Shown: one piece after another, positions 1-9,450 of the stretch
How the letters are laid out: each line of letters starts with the position of its first letter
Position numbering within the stretch: position 1 is the stretch's first letter
Virus record (IMG/VR): IMGVR_UViG_3300009873_000001
Direction: 5' to 3' (one strand)
Length of the DNA: 64,000 nt
DNA from: a virus
Lineage: Duplodnaviria > Caudoviricetes
Notes under the pieces: generated by a model
The model's input: the letters and a program-made list of their open reading frames with translations, nothing else
Database searches by the model: none
Told to the model about the DNA's origin: nothing
Program-made: the position numbers and the translations under genes

Positions 1-6
1 TGAAGC

Positions 7-444
7 GTGGATGAGACCGTTCAGCGCGCGATTCGTGAAGCGGCCAGGGCCGGCGCATTCCTCGTGCCGGCCCCGCCAGAAGACTCCTTGGAGCTGATCC
101 AGGCAATCCTGACCGCGATCACCGTCGAGATCCCCAACGAGCGCGAACAGCGCGCCTCCAACGCGCGTATGTTTGCGTCTATGTCGCCAGGGATCGTAGG
201 CGACTTCGACGCCACGCTCGAAAGACAAAATCGCCACAACTTCCACGTCTGGACCAGCGCTACGAACGAAATCCGCGCTCGGTTCGGCGCCTGGCTACAG
301 CAGGCCGCAGAAGTCGGAATCAAGGGCTACCGAGGCCAGGGCGGCAGAGAGCGTCCCTGCGAGAACGAGTCCTGCAAGAAGCCGCTGCCCACCGCGTGGC
401 CGGCGGTGTACTGCTCCACGCGCTGCGCCCTGGACGACGCATGA
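7..444 (+). CDS. hypothetical protein with N-terminal D-x-x-x-Q-R-A-I-R...G...P-x-P module and C-terminal Cys cluster
   Basis: ORF overlapping the next gene by ATGA; N-terminus resembles 2965, 8019, 16128, 52441 and 53675. Confidence 0.7.
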   Translation: MDETVQRAIREAARAGAFLVPAPPEDSLELIQAILTAITVEIPNEREQRASNARMFASMSPGIVGDFDATLERQNRHNFHVWTSATNEIRARFGAWLQQAAEVGIKGYRGQGGRERPCENESCKKPLPTAWPAVYCSTRCALDDA

Positions 445-1325
445 GCGACGCGCGCCTCCGCTCCGCCGAACGCTCTGCCGCAGCCGCACCTAGCCACGAG
501 GCGCGACTCAAGCAGCTCCATGAGCGGTTGCGCGCGGGCGGGGCCTGCGACCGCTGCAAGGGCAAGAAGACCGACGGCTACTGCGCCAAGCACAACATGC
601 CGCCGTACGAGTGCGGGGACTGCTCGCTCGCCAGAGCCTGCCCGGCGTGTCGCGGCACCGGCGGTTACTGGCTCTCGCGGATCGAGCTCGCGGCCTTCTG
701 CGACGATCTCGCGGCCAGAGAGGCCATGGGCTGGTCGTTCTGCACCTACAAGGAGCGGCCGACGGACTGGTATCCAGCCGAGATCTTCGAGCGCGCTGGC
801 ACCAGCTGGGGAACGATCCCTGCGGCGATCCCAACGGCGTCTGGGCTTGGTCAGCAGAACGGTTGGACTGGATCCGCGCGCGACGAGCAAGGGCGTGAGT
901 GGATCGCGCCTTCATTCAAAGAGTGGGTCAGAGCCTTGCAAGGCTGGGGTCACGAAGTAGCCACCTGCGCTGGCCTGGCCGCCGCATGGCGGGCGTTGCC
1001 GGTCTGGGAAGGCATTTACCAGTCGAACAAGCCGCGCACGGCACTCGAGGCCGCGACCGTGGCTTTTCACCATCCCGAAAACACCACACTCAAGGCGCGG
1101 GTGCGGGGCGAATGCAACCTGGCGGCCATGGCCGGAACTCATGCTCACTTCCTTCTCTGGTATATCGCCGCCTGCGCTGCGACTTTCGAGCCCGGAGTCG
1201 ATCCGTTGACTAGCGTGCTAGAGTCCGCCGCGCTGCTCGAATCCAACAAGGTCGCGGGCGGCACGAACTCGATTCACGAAGCCGTACAACAAGCGCTGAT
1301 CGAGCACGCGCTGGGAGACCTCTAG
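441..1325 (+). CDS. hypothetical protein, MSD-x-RLR-x-x-ER tag family, with CxxCxGxG zinc finger
   Basis: ATG at 441 gives MSDARLRSAERSAA; CDRCKG, CPACRGTG, IELAAFC. Confidence 0.75.
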   Translation: MSDARLRSAERSAAAAPSHEARLKQLHERLRAGGACDRCKGKKTDGYCAKHNMPPYECGDCSLARACPACRGTGGYWLSRIELAAFCDDLAAREAMGWSFCTYKERPTDWYPAEIFERAGTSWGTIPAAIPTASGLGQQNGWTGSARDEQGREWIAPSFKEWVRALQGWGHEVATCAGLAAAWRALPVWEGIYQSNKPRTALEAATVAFHHPENTTLKARVRGECNLAAMAGTHAHFLLWYIAACAATFEPGVDPLTSVLESAALLESNKVAGGTNSIHEAVQQALIEHALGDL

Positions 1326-1334
1326 GAGGTTTTT

Positions 1335-1832
1335 ATGGGAGCCAGGAACCCAGAGGTCAACAAGCTGTGCCGGATATGCAACAAAGTCATGCCGCACCAG
1401 ACATACAAGAACGGCAAGGTTAGAACCTGCTGCAAGGGATGCTGGAACCCAAGACTGAAGGCCGCCAAGGCGCGCTACAGAAAGAAGAACCAACACCACC
1501 CTGAGTGGAAAAAGCGCGAAAAGGCCAGAAGGCTGGCTAGAGAAGCTCACCCTGCTCCTCCCGATCCTCACTGCCAGAGCTGTGGCACCATACCGGCCGG
1601 GCCGCCGTATCCGAAAAACACCGTCATGGGGCTACAGCGCAGCCACGAAGAAGGATACGAAGAAGAAAACGCAACCAAGATCAAGTGGAACTGCTTGAGC
1701 TGTCACTACAAGCGTGATCGCTGGGCCGTAGGCAAAGGTCACGGGTACTCGCCGTGGGCAAAGGACAGAAAGCAACGCGAGCTTGTGCAGGCAACTCCAG
1801 ATCAGAACGATCAGAACGAGCAGGGGTCATAG
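1335..1832 (+). CDS. putative HNH-like zinc-binding protein
   Basis: AGGAGG SD; CQSCG...H..GY...WNCLSCH. Confidence 0.5.
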   Translation: MGARNPEVNKLCRICNKVMPHQTYKNGKVRTCCKGCWNPRLKAAKARYRKKNQHHPEWKKREKARRLAREAHPAPPDPHCQSCGTIPAGPPYPKNTVMGLQRSHEEGYEEENATKIKWNCLSCHYKRDRWAVGKGHGYSPWAKDRKQRELVQATPDQNDQNEQGS

Positions 1833-1834
1833 CC

Positions 1835-2125
1835 GTGGCCTGGCGATTCGTCCTTCAACCCAACGGCAAGCTCGCGCGCTTCAGCGACATAGTCGACAAC
1901 TTCACCGACGTCGATCTGACCGACGAGGAGGCCATGGGGATAGCCAGACAAGAAGTAGGAATCGGCAGGGAGGAAGCGCGAGCAAAGATCCAAGCCGCCC
2001 GCGCCGACATTACACGCGACGGCAAGAAGGGGCGCTGGAACGAGTCCCTCGCCACGATCAGGGCTGTTCACGGCGAGGCTGTCTTCCGGGAGATCGCCCA
2101 ACGCTACGGCGGGTTCACCGATTGA
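1835..2125 (+). CDS. hypothetical protein
   Basis: GTG start, GC3-biased codons. Confidence 0.65.
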   Translation: MAWRFVLQPNGKLARFSDIVDNFTDVDLTDEEAMGIARQEVGIGREEARAKIQAARADITRDGKKGRWNESLATIRAVHGEAVFREIAQRYGGFTD

Positions 2126-2853
2126 ACCGGAGCCTGACAGAACATGACACCCGCTACGCTACGATCGTCGCCGATCCAGACTGGCAGTACGAGAACTTCG
2201 GCCTGGCCAAGCACGGCGCGGCTCGCGCACACTATCCGGGCTCTGCCGTGGAGGAGATCTCCAAGATCCCGGTCAAACGCTGGGCCAAGCGCGACGCGAT
2301 CCTGTTTCTGTGGGCCACACTTCCCAAACTCGATCAAGCAATCGCCGTCATGCACGCTTGGGATTTTCGACTCGTGACCGCGATCCCCTGGGTCAAGACA
2401 CAACCCAAGAAGGGAGCAATCAAGCACGGGATCGGGTTCTGGTTCTACACCGCCGCCGAGCTGGTGCTCGTCTGCAGAGCCGGCAAGGCTCGCGCTCCGA
2501 AGCAGGGCACGAAAGAGAAGCCAGACGCTCTGCTGGTGGGCGACCGCGGGAACCCGACGTTCTGGGCGCCGCGCGGGCACCACTCGAGGAAACCGCTCTC
2601 GTTCTTGGAATGGGTTGAGTCGACGTTGCCAGGGCCGCGGCTCGAGCTCTATGCCACCGGCACCAGGCCGAACTGGACCTGTTGGGGCCACAAGACCGGG
2701 TATCATCTCCACGAAGGCGGCGTGACCGAGCTGGCGGACTTGGGGCGGCCTGCCGCTGAGCATGAAAGACCAGTCGTGAGCTGGAACGGGACTCCTCCGC
2801 CTAGCTTTTCCGGCGCGGCGCACGCGCTCGCGAGCGCCAGGAGGACCATATGA
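2122..2853 (+). CDS. MT-A70 family N6-adenine methyltransferase
   Basis: YATIVADPDW, LFLWAT, WVK, GIGFWF, HSRKP, LELYA, WTCWG motifs; TTG start overlapping the previous stop. Confidence 0.85.
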   Translation: MNRSLTEHDTRYATIVADPDWQYENFGLAKHGAARAHYPGSAVEEISKIPVKRWAKRDAILFLWATLPKLDQAIAVMHAWDFRLVTAIPWVKTQPKKGAIKHGIGFWFYTAAELVLVCRAGKARAPKQGTKEKPDALLVGDRGNPTFWAPRGHHSRKPLSFLEWVESTLPGPRLELYATGTRPNWTCWGHKTGYHLHEGGVTELADLGRPAAEHERPVVSWNGTPPPSFSGAAHALASARRTI

Positions 2854-2964
2854 CCTGCGGTTGGTGCGGCTGGCCCCTCGAACTGGTCTGGACCGCAGGC
2901 CACGGACAATGCAAGCGCTGCGGCACCAACGTAGACGAGTGCTGCCGCGGAGAGGAGGCCTGTC

Positions 2965-3477
2965 ATGGACGATAAGCTTCAACGCGCAATCCGCGAATCC
3001 GAACGAGCTGGACACCGTCTCGCGCCACGTCCACCGGACGAGCTCCTGCAAGCACTCAAGGACGCCGTCTCCACTGGCACGTTCTCAGAGCTGGTAGCCC
3101 TACGCGACTGGCTAAGCCGGTTCTGCGAGGACGTGCAACCGGCTGACGACGAGGCGCGCCGGCTCGAAGAAGTCGCCAAAGTGCTCGACAGCCTACGGCG
3201 GCTCCAGCCGCCGTTCACCCTCGGCAGACCGCCGTGGTCACCGCCGTGGCCGCAGAGTCCCTCGCCGTGGCTGCAGGGCCCGGTCTATCCCTTCAGCTAT
3301 CCGCATTCGGGCGCGGCGCCGCTGACTCTTCCTGGGCAGCAGTACACCGGCATGCCGCTGATCCAGCCTGAGATCACCTATCACCCGCCGCAGACGATCC
3401 TGACCGTGAGCACGCCAGGGCTCTCCATGGGCACGAGCACCTCAGGCTCTGCGAACATTCTGGGCGCTGCCGCATGA
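2965..3477 (+). CDS. hypothetical protein (N-terminal tag variant, Pro-rich)
   Basis: GAGGAGG SD; MDDKLQRAIRESERAG. Confidence 0.7.
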   Translation: MDDKLQRAIRESERAGHRLAPRPPDELLQALKDAVSTGTFSELVALRDWLSRFCEDVQPADDEARRLEEVAKVLDSLRRLQPPFTLGRPPWSPPWPQSPSPWLQGPVYPFSYPHSGAAPLTLPGQQYTGMPLIQPEITYHPPQTILTVSTPGLSMGTSTSGSANILGAAA

Positions 3478-3965
3478 GCGCCGTCGCAGAGATCTTCTCG
3501 CTCGAGCGCGTGCTGTCAGCCTACGAAACCACCGGCCTCGAGCCGACCAGAGGCGAGTGGACCGACTACTGGTTTCCGTACGACGAAGACGACGAGGCGG
3601 CCGGCATGGACCCGCCCGAGCCGCCGTTCTGCGCTTGTCCGGCCAGCGCCGTAGCCTGCTCGTCTGGCGTCAAGCTGGAGGCCATTTGTGAGGAGGAAAA
3701 CGAAGAGGGTGGCGACCCGGCCCGCTTGATCGCCGAGCATCTTGGCCTCAGCTACGAAGCCGTCGTGGCCTTCGCGCGCGGCTTCGACGGCGAGTCGTTC
3801 GTAGAGATCCTGAACAAGATCGAGAACTTCCGTAAAGCGCCTGTGGGTGAAGCCGCACGGCTCGTCGCTGAAGCCGCTTGGCAGCATGGCCGGACGATCA
3901 GGAAAGAACTCGCGCTACGTGACCTGGTCGACCCGCTTGAGTCCGGCCTGGAGCAAATCCCATGA
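3474..3965 (+). CDS. hypothetical protein
   Basis: ATGA overlaps at both ends. Confidence 0.7.
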   Translation: MSAVAEIFSLERVLSAYETTGLEPTRGEWTDYWFPYDEDDEAAGMDPPEPPFCACPASAVACSSGVKLEAICEEENEEGGDPARLIAEHLGLSYEAVVAFARGFDGESFVEILNKIENFRKAPVGEAARLVAEAAWQHGRTIRKELALRDLVDPLESGLEQIP

Positions 3966-4489
3966 TCAAGTTCGACGACCTGGTCGAGAGTATCGACCAG
4001 CGGCACAACGTGATCGATTTGGGCCTGTCGTTCAAGGCGTTCAAAGAGCTGCGCGACTGGGCCACCATGCTCCAGGACGCGCTGGAGGACAAGAGCCCCG
4101 CGCTCGACTATCCCGACCAGCCCATGCACGCGGATCCTGAGATCCGCTTCCGCAGCAACCGGATCGTGCGAGTCCTGCTGGAGCGCGCGCGTGCGCAGAA
4201 CTTCGGCCTGAACGAGATCATGGACATGGCCGGTTGCGGGGCCTTCTCGAAGGACGAGCTGCGCCAGCTCGTGCAGCTCCTGGGATACACGCTTGGCGGA
4301 TACCTCGAGCTGAGCTTCGTAGACGACGCCTCCAAGGACAGAGCAGAGCGCGCCGCGGCTCGCTTGATCGACGACCCCGGACCGGCGGTTCTCTGCGAGG
4401 ACTGTGGCGCCAAGTTCACGTCGACGGGCCATTGGGCGCTGCGCGATCACCGGATCGCTCAACACGGAGCCCCGTCGTGCCGCCGTTGA
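3962..4489 (+). CDS. hypothetical protein with C-terminal C2H2-like zinc finger
   Basis: CEDCGAKF...HRIAQH. Confidence 0.7.
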   Translation: MIKFDDLVESIDQRHNVIDLGLSFKAFKELRDWATMLQDALEDKSPALDYPDQPMHADPEIRFRSNRIVRVLLERARAQNFGLNEIMDMAGCGAFSKDELRQLVQLLGYTLGGYLELSFVDDASKDRAERAAARLIDDPGPAVLCEDCGAKFTSTGHWALRDHRIAQHGAPSCRR

Positions 4490-5136
4490 CACCGCAGCTG
4501 ATCCCCATGATCGCCTTCGGCAGCAACGCCTCGCGCGTAGGCAAGGACACCGCCGCCAAATTCGCGCTCGAGTTCGGGCGCGAGCTATTCGGCGCCGCGG
4601 CGCGGCTCTCGTTTTCCAGCTCGATCAAGAGCGTCTCGCACGACTTGTTCGGCTGCCACGGCCTCCAGCCGGGTCCGTTCTACGAGTTGCCGGAGAACGA
4701 ACACCTCCGCACGGTCAAGCTGCCGGTGATCAACCGCTCGCCGCTCGAGATTTGGATCATGGTCGGCGACAAGATGCGCGAGATCCACGAGGACGTGTGG
4801 ATCGATCAAGCCAGGGCGGTCGTCAATCGAGATCCTGAGCAGCCCAGCCGCGTATTCCTGAATATCGAATCCAGCCTCCGCTTCCCGAACGAGTGCAGTT
4901 GGATCTCGGAGCGCGGGGGCTGGTGCGTGAAGATCTTCCGCGAGGGCGCGCCGGTCTATGCGCTGGACCGTAAGATCCCTGAGAGTTACTCCTGGGATCG
5001 CGTGCTCACGAACGACGGCACCAAAGAAGAACTGAGAGACAAGATCCGTGAAGTCGTCGAGGACTACCACCGCTATTGGCTCTACCGCCAGGCGGTCCGC
5101 GCCAAAGCCGAGACCCTTGGCGGAGAGGTGTGTTGA
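4486..5136 (+). CDS. phage deoxynucleoside monophosphate kinase-like protein
   Basis: P-loop GSNASRVGKDT, SFSSSIK, RFPNE, DRVLTNDGT. Confidence 0.75.
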   Translation: MTPQLIPMIAFGSNASRVGKDTAAKFALEFGRELFGAAARLSFSSSIKSVSHDLFGCHGLQPGPFYELPENEHLRTVKLPVINRSPLEIWIMVGDKMREIHEDVWIDQARAVVNRDPEQPSRVFLNIESSLRFPNECSWISERGGWCVKIFREGAPVYALDRKIPESYSWDRVLTNDGTKEELRDKIREVVEDYHRYWLYRQAVRAKAETLGGEVC

Positions 5137-5434
5137 CTGTGGTCGTCAACTCGAAGGCGACCCGCACTGGCGCTGCGGCGTGTGCCGATCGCGCTGTCAC
5201 TACGAAGGCTACCACCTGAAACTGCTGGCCAGTTACCATGCCAAACCTGACCCCGGACGAGCGAAAGGAAGTGCGCGCAATCAGCGATCGAATCGCTCGT
5301 CTCGAAATGGCCAGAGGGCTGCTCGAGGCCGGAAAGAAGGATAAGGCGCTCGCGCTCCTACTCAAGCTGCGCGACGCCTACCAGGACGAGGCCAAGCAAC
5401 GGCTGGTCGAGCACATGATCAAGAAGGCCCAAGA

Positions 5435-5905
5435 ATGAGCAATAAGCGATGGAACTCGCACGAGAACAAGCCGCGTCAGGGCTGCGATCCGCTCGGCGTG
5501 ATACGCGCTCGGCTCGAAGAGGGCTTCAGCAGCAGCGGAACTGACGAAGTCGGCCTCGCGGTCCGCGCTCAGGACATAGAGGACGCCTTCAACCTAGCCA
5601 TGTACGCCAACGTCGAAAACATACAGCGGGCCGCCGGCTTTCACCCAGACAACTACAACTGGGTCGACGAGTTCGAAGTTGCCCAGGCGGCCACGCGAGA
5701 GAACAGAGCGCTCTTGGCCGGCACGCTCCTCATGCTGCACGAGGGCAACTCAAGCGCGCCGGCCTCCGCGAAAGAAAACCTGATCTGGCGCGCTTTCATG
5801 CTCCTGCGCGCGCCGATCACGGACCGGCACGGCATGCAGCGCCTCCGGGAGAATCAGGAGGCACGGAAAAAGCAGAGGGAAGCTCGTGGACAGTCGCCTG
5901 CGTGA
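5435..5905 (+). CDS. hypothetical protein
   Basis: ORF in an overlapping gene run. Confidence 0.6.
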   Translation: MSNKRWNSHENKPRQGCDPLGVIRARLEEGFSSSGTDEVGLAVRAQDIEDAFNLAMYANVENIQRAAGFHPDNYNWVDEFEVAQAATRENRALLAGTLLMLHEGNSSAPASAKENLIWRAFMLLRAPITDRHGMQRLRENQEARKKQREARGQSPA

Positions 5906-6302
5906 CCTTGAGCGGCGCTCGGCCACCGGCACCGTTACGCCTCAAGAGCTGCGCCAAGCGCAAATCAGAGCCGGGCAGCGGTTACCTTGGGAGGACTGGC
6001 CGACGCTGAGGCTCTGCTATGCGCTGGTAGAAAAGCTCGGGCATGACTCGAGCCCGAATCTCAGGGAATACAACGACGAGCACGTCTACATACGGTGGGA
6101 GCACAACGCTGGGCGCTACGGCAGGCGCGACTGCCTCGAGCCGCGAATGACGGCGGTCTGGCGGCCCACTGGAGAGTGCGAGCAACTGGCCTCTCAGGTC
6201 GGAACAAACTACGGGTGGGGCGCCGAAAACGAAGGCTTCCGCCGGCACGCGCTGAACCTGCTCGCCGAAAGGGAAGAGGAAGAAAGGGAAGAGGAAGAAT
6301 GA
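5886..6302 (+). CDS. hypothetical protein, tag family
   Basis: MDSRLRDLERRSATG. Confidence 0.7.
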   Translation: MDSRLRDLERRSATGTVTPQELRQAQIRAGQRLPWEDWPTLRLCYALVEKLGHDSSPNLREYNDEHVYIRWEHNAGRYGRRDCLEPRMTAVWRPTGECEQLASQVGTNYGWGAENEGFRRHALNLLAEREEEEREEEE

Positions 6303-7357
6303 CCGAAGCCGCTCAACAGTTTGCCCAGCATGTCATGGCCTGGAGGGCACGCTCGCAAGCCGGGCAGGCTTGCGGGATCGTGAGCTGTCCGCAGACCGAG
6401 CTCACGCCCTGCACGCTCGGGTGCGGCAACAGCTACTGCGCCGAGCACAAGCAGGTTCACTTTCATGCCGTGCCGGCTCCGGGCTCAGAAGCTGGTCCTG
6501 CTGCGTTCACTGGCCTCAAGCCGGGCGACTGGACACCCGCCGCAGCCGCGCCAGTTCTCCAGCCGGCTACGAGCATTCCAAACCTGCCGCCGGCCCCGCT
6601 CCCGCGCCCTTCGCCGCCAAGACTCTCTAGGCGCTCGCCAAGATTCCCGCTCAATGACCAGGAGTGCCTGCTCCTGCTCACGACCGCCATAGGCGCCCTG
6701 GTCATGAATCCGGCTGGAGCCTTCCCGCCGGCCTTCACGCAGGAGGACGCGCGGGTTCTTCTCAGATTCCTCGCCGACACCTATCGAGCGACTGCATCTT
6801 CCGACGAACCGGAGGCGTCTACCGCCGCTCTCATGCAGCGCTGGAAGGTGTGCCCGCTCGACGTCCTGAATCAAGTCCAGACCACTGCGTTCATGCAAAT
6901 CAGCTGCGCGGCTGGCGTGATCATGGGGACCTCTGGACTGAACACACTGGTCAGGGTGCTCGATCATGTCGCCGAGACGGACAGGCTGTGGGACAGGCTG
7001 GCTCGACACATGCCAGACGCACAGGCCGAGCTCGCGGAAGCTGGATCGAGCCTGTCCAGCACGGTCGCCTATATGCGGCAAGAAGAAATAGCACGCGACG
7101 AGGGAGGAGAGGATGCCAAAGAGGCTGCCCCTGCAGGCATGATCGACGTCGTGTTCTCCTTCGACCCGGCCGATCCTGAGAACTGGTCTATCGACATGGA
7201 GGAAGTCCCGGACGAAAAAGTCTTCGCCTTGTCCGAAGCCATGGCCGACGCCGCGCGCGATCTCATGGATCCCGCCAGCTCGGAAGACGACGAGGGCGAA
7301 GATCCCGAAGGCGATCCAGACGGCGCAGAGGGCGACAGCTCAAAAGAGCTAGCGTGA
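6299..7357 (+). CDS. hypothetical protein with N-terminal Cys/His zinc finger and acidic tail
   Basis: ATG at 6299; CGIVSC...CTLGCGNSYCAEH. Confidence 0.7.
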   Translation: MTEAAQQFAQHVMAWRARSQAGQACGIVSCPQTELTPCTLGCGNSYCAEHKQVHFHAVPAPGSEAGPAAFTGLKPGDWTPAAAAPVLQPATSIPNLPPAPLPRPSPPRLSRRSPRFPLNDQECLLLLTTAIGALVMNPAGAFPPAFTQEDARVLLRFLADTYRATASSDEPEASTAALMQRWKVCPLDVLNQVQTTAFMQISCAAGVIMGTSGLNTLVRVLDHVAETDRLWDRLARHMPDAQAELAEAGSSLSSTVAYMRQEEIARDEGGEDAKEAAPAGMIDVVFSFDPADPENWSIDMEEVPDEKVFALSEAMADAARDLMDPASSEDDEGEDPEGDPDGAEGDSSKELA

Positions 7358-8018
7358 GCGACGTTCGGAACGTCTTCCACGAGCACCTCGACGTGTGCCA
7401 GCAGTGCGAACGCCACCCGTTCGCGCTCTGCTGCGAGGGCGAGAGATTGCTCCGCCAGGCCGTGAGCGACCTGAGCCCAATGCGCATTCCGCCCAGAAAA
7501 GAAGAAGAGTCAGGAAAGGAGAAGCACCGTGGCCGGTGAGCGGATCCTGGGAGCCTATGTCCTCGGTTACGAACCGGGCTCTGCCGACTACTTCTGCTTG
7601 AGCTGTCGCACGAGCACGGCCTTCTCAGCGGTGCCTGGCGACGGCGACGGAGTCGTGCCCGGCGTCGAGTGCGAGTGCGGCGGATATGCACGTCTGAGGC
7701 TCGTGTGCTTCAGCGAGGGACTATGACCACTCCCGATATAGCCGCGCGCCTGACCGCGCGCGTCGGAGCGGAAGTTGACGCCTTGGCTGAACGCCTGGCT
7801 GCCGAGCTAGGACTTCCTGCGCAATGGGTCTACGCGGATATCGTGTACTTCGCGACCCAGCGCGCCCGTGAACAGCGAACCAAGAAAGAAGGCCAGGCGA
7901 AGTAGCCTGGCCCACTTCCTCGCTGTGCTCCAGAACGTGCCTGCGCGCGACCCAGAGCTATATAGCTTCAATCTACGGCGGCCGAAGAAACCGGCCACAA
8001 AACCAACGAGCTCAAACC

Positions 8019-8414
8019 ATGACCGATCATGAGCGCCGAACTCACCTGCGCGCACTCGAGCGCCTCGGGGTCCGATTAGTCGAGCGCCCGCCTGGCGAGT
8101 TGCTCATGTGGCTACGACGAGAGGCCCAAGCCGGATACGGACGTCCGGAGTCGCTCCGCGAGTGGCTTGTCTCGGCGGTTGGCGAGCTGCCGCTGTGTTC
8201 CTCGTTCTCTGGATCAGTGTGCGGCGGGTTCTTCTGCGAGAGAACGGAGGGCCACGACGGAGATCACGAGGCTGTATGTGTGCTGTTGGCCCGCTCGCAT
8301 GGTGTTTTCGACCAGCCACACAGCCTCCAACAATCACACAACCGTCCGCGAATCCTCTCATGGTCTGAGCGCCGATCTTCTGGAGAGCTTGCCAAGGCGA
8401 AGGAAGCCGAATGA
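8019..8414 (+). CDS. hypothetical protein (tag variant)
   Basis: LRALERLGVRLVERPPGELLMWL; C..H.G.H motif shared with 52441. Confidence 0.65.
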   Translation: MTDHERRTHLRALERLGVRLVERPPGELLMWLRREAQAGYGRPESLREWLVSAVGELPLCSSFSGSVCGGFFCERTEGHDGDHEAVCVLLARSHGVFDQPHSLQQSHNRPRILSWSERRSSGELAKAKEAE

Positions 8415-8791
8415 GCCAGGAAGATCTCGACAAAGCGCTCGCCACGATCGTGCGGCACGGACCGTACGCCGCGCTGGGCGTGCTCTCCCACGCCGCCGGC
8501 AAGCTCGGCCTAAATCAAACACCTGGAATCGCGACCAGCTTGCTGGGCAAGTACGCCCGAACCAAGCACCCGGAATACAACCCGGAGCAGACCGGGCAGA
8601 TCGTAGCTGTCATGCCCAGCCGAAATCTAACGAGCTGGCCGACGGTCGACCTGGTCTTACTCACACGGCTCGGCACACTCGCGGGCGCTTTTTCCACCGA
8701 GGTTTTGATTTCCGACGAGCCATTTCCACAGTCTGAGGAAGAGCTAGTCGCCATCCGCGCCAACCAACGCGTTGCAGTACTGCCGGGGTAG
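8411..8791 (+). CDS. hypothetical protein
   Basis: ATGA overlap. Confidence 0.6.
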   Translation: MSQEDLDKALATIVRHGPYAALGVLSHAAGKLGLNQTPGIATSLLGKYARTKHPEYNPEQTGQIVAVMPSRNLTSWPTVDLVLLTRLGTLAGAFSTEVLISDEPFPQSEEELVAIRANQRVAVLPG

Positions 8792-9450
8792 GTTGTCCAA
8801 TGCAGGCCGAAGTGCAGGCCGGCCTGTTAGCTATGTGGATAGATGCACTTAGGCCTGAAGGTAGTTGCCAGGACCGAGGCGAGAGGTTAGGCTCCAAGGC
8901 TCGGGCGAGTGCAATGTGCTCGCCGAAAATCGCGCAGGAAACCATCCTGTCGCAATGAGTGCGCGGCGGATCTCGGAGGTCCGTCGCGCCAGTCGAGCGT
9001 TGGCGTGGGCCAGGTCCGGTCACCAAGACGGGCCGCAGACAAGCGCGCTGAGTTCGCTGACGGTACATACTACGCGCCCTGGCTACGACCCCAGGGCGCG
9101 AAGATAACTGGTAAGGCCAGCCAGCCTTCCAGTCCAGAGACCGTCTAGGCGTATGCAGCACGCACCCGAGGAGCAAGCGCGTGCTGCGCGCTTCGTACGA
9201 CCTCGCCCCCGATCTTCGCCGCTGCACGGCTTTTGCGCAAGCCTGCCGCCGGTTTTTCCTTGACGCGGCCTTGGCCAACTCGCCCAAGACCTGCTGTCCA
9301 AATCTAACTCCATATTCAGACTTGGGTTGCGGTGCCGACCTGCCCTGGCGGGCCGGCCTGGCGACCCGGGTAGTCAGCCTATCTGTCCACCTCGTGGCCA
9401 GGTCGGCGCCCCAGGGCAATGCCCTGGCTTTCCTGTAGCAAGAGGGCCGG

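Noticed and set aside
8792-9450. Iteron-type origin upstream of the primase
   Set aside because: Only short repeats (tgcaggcc x2) and one hairpin are visible; insufficient to call.
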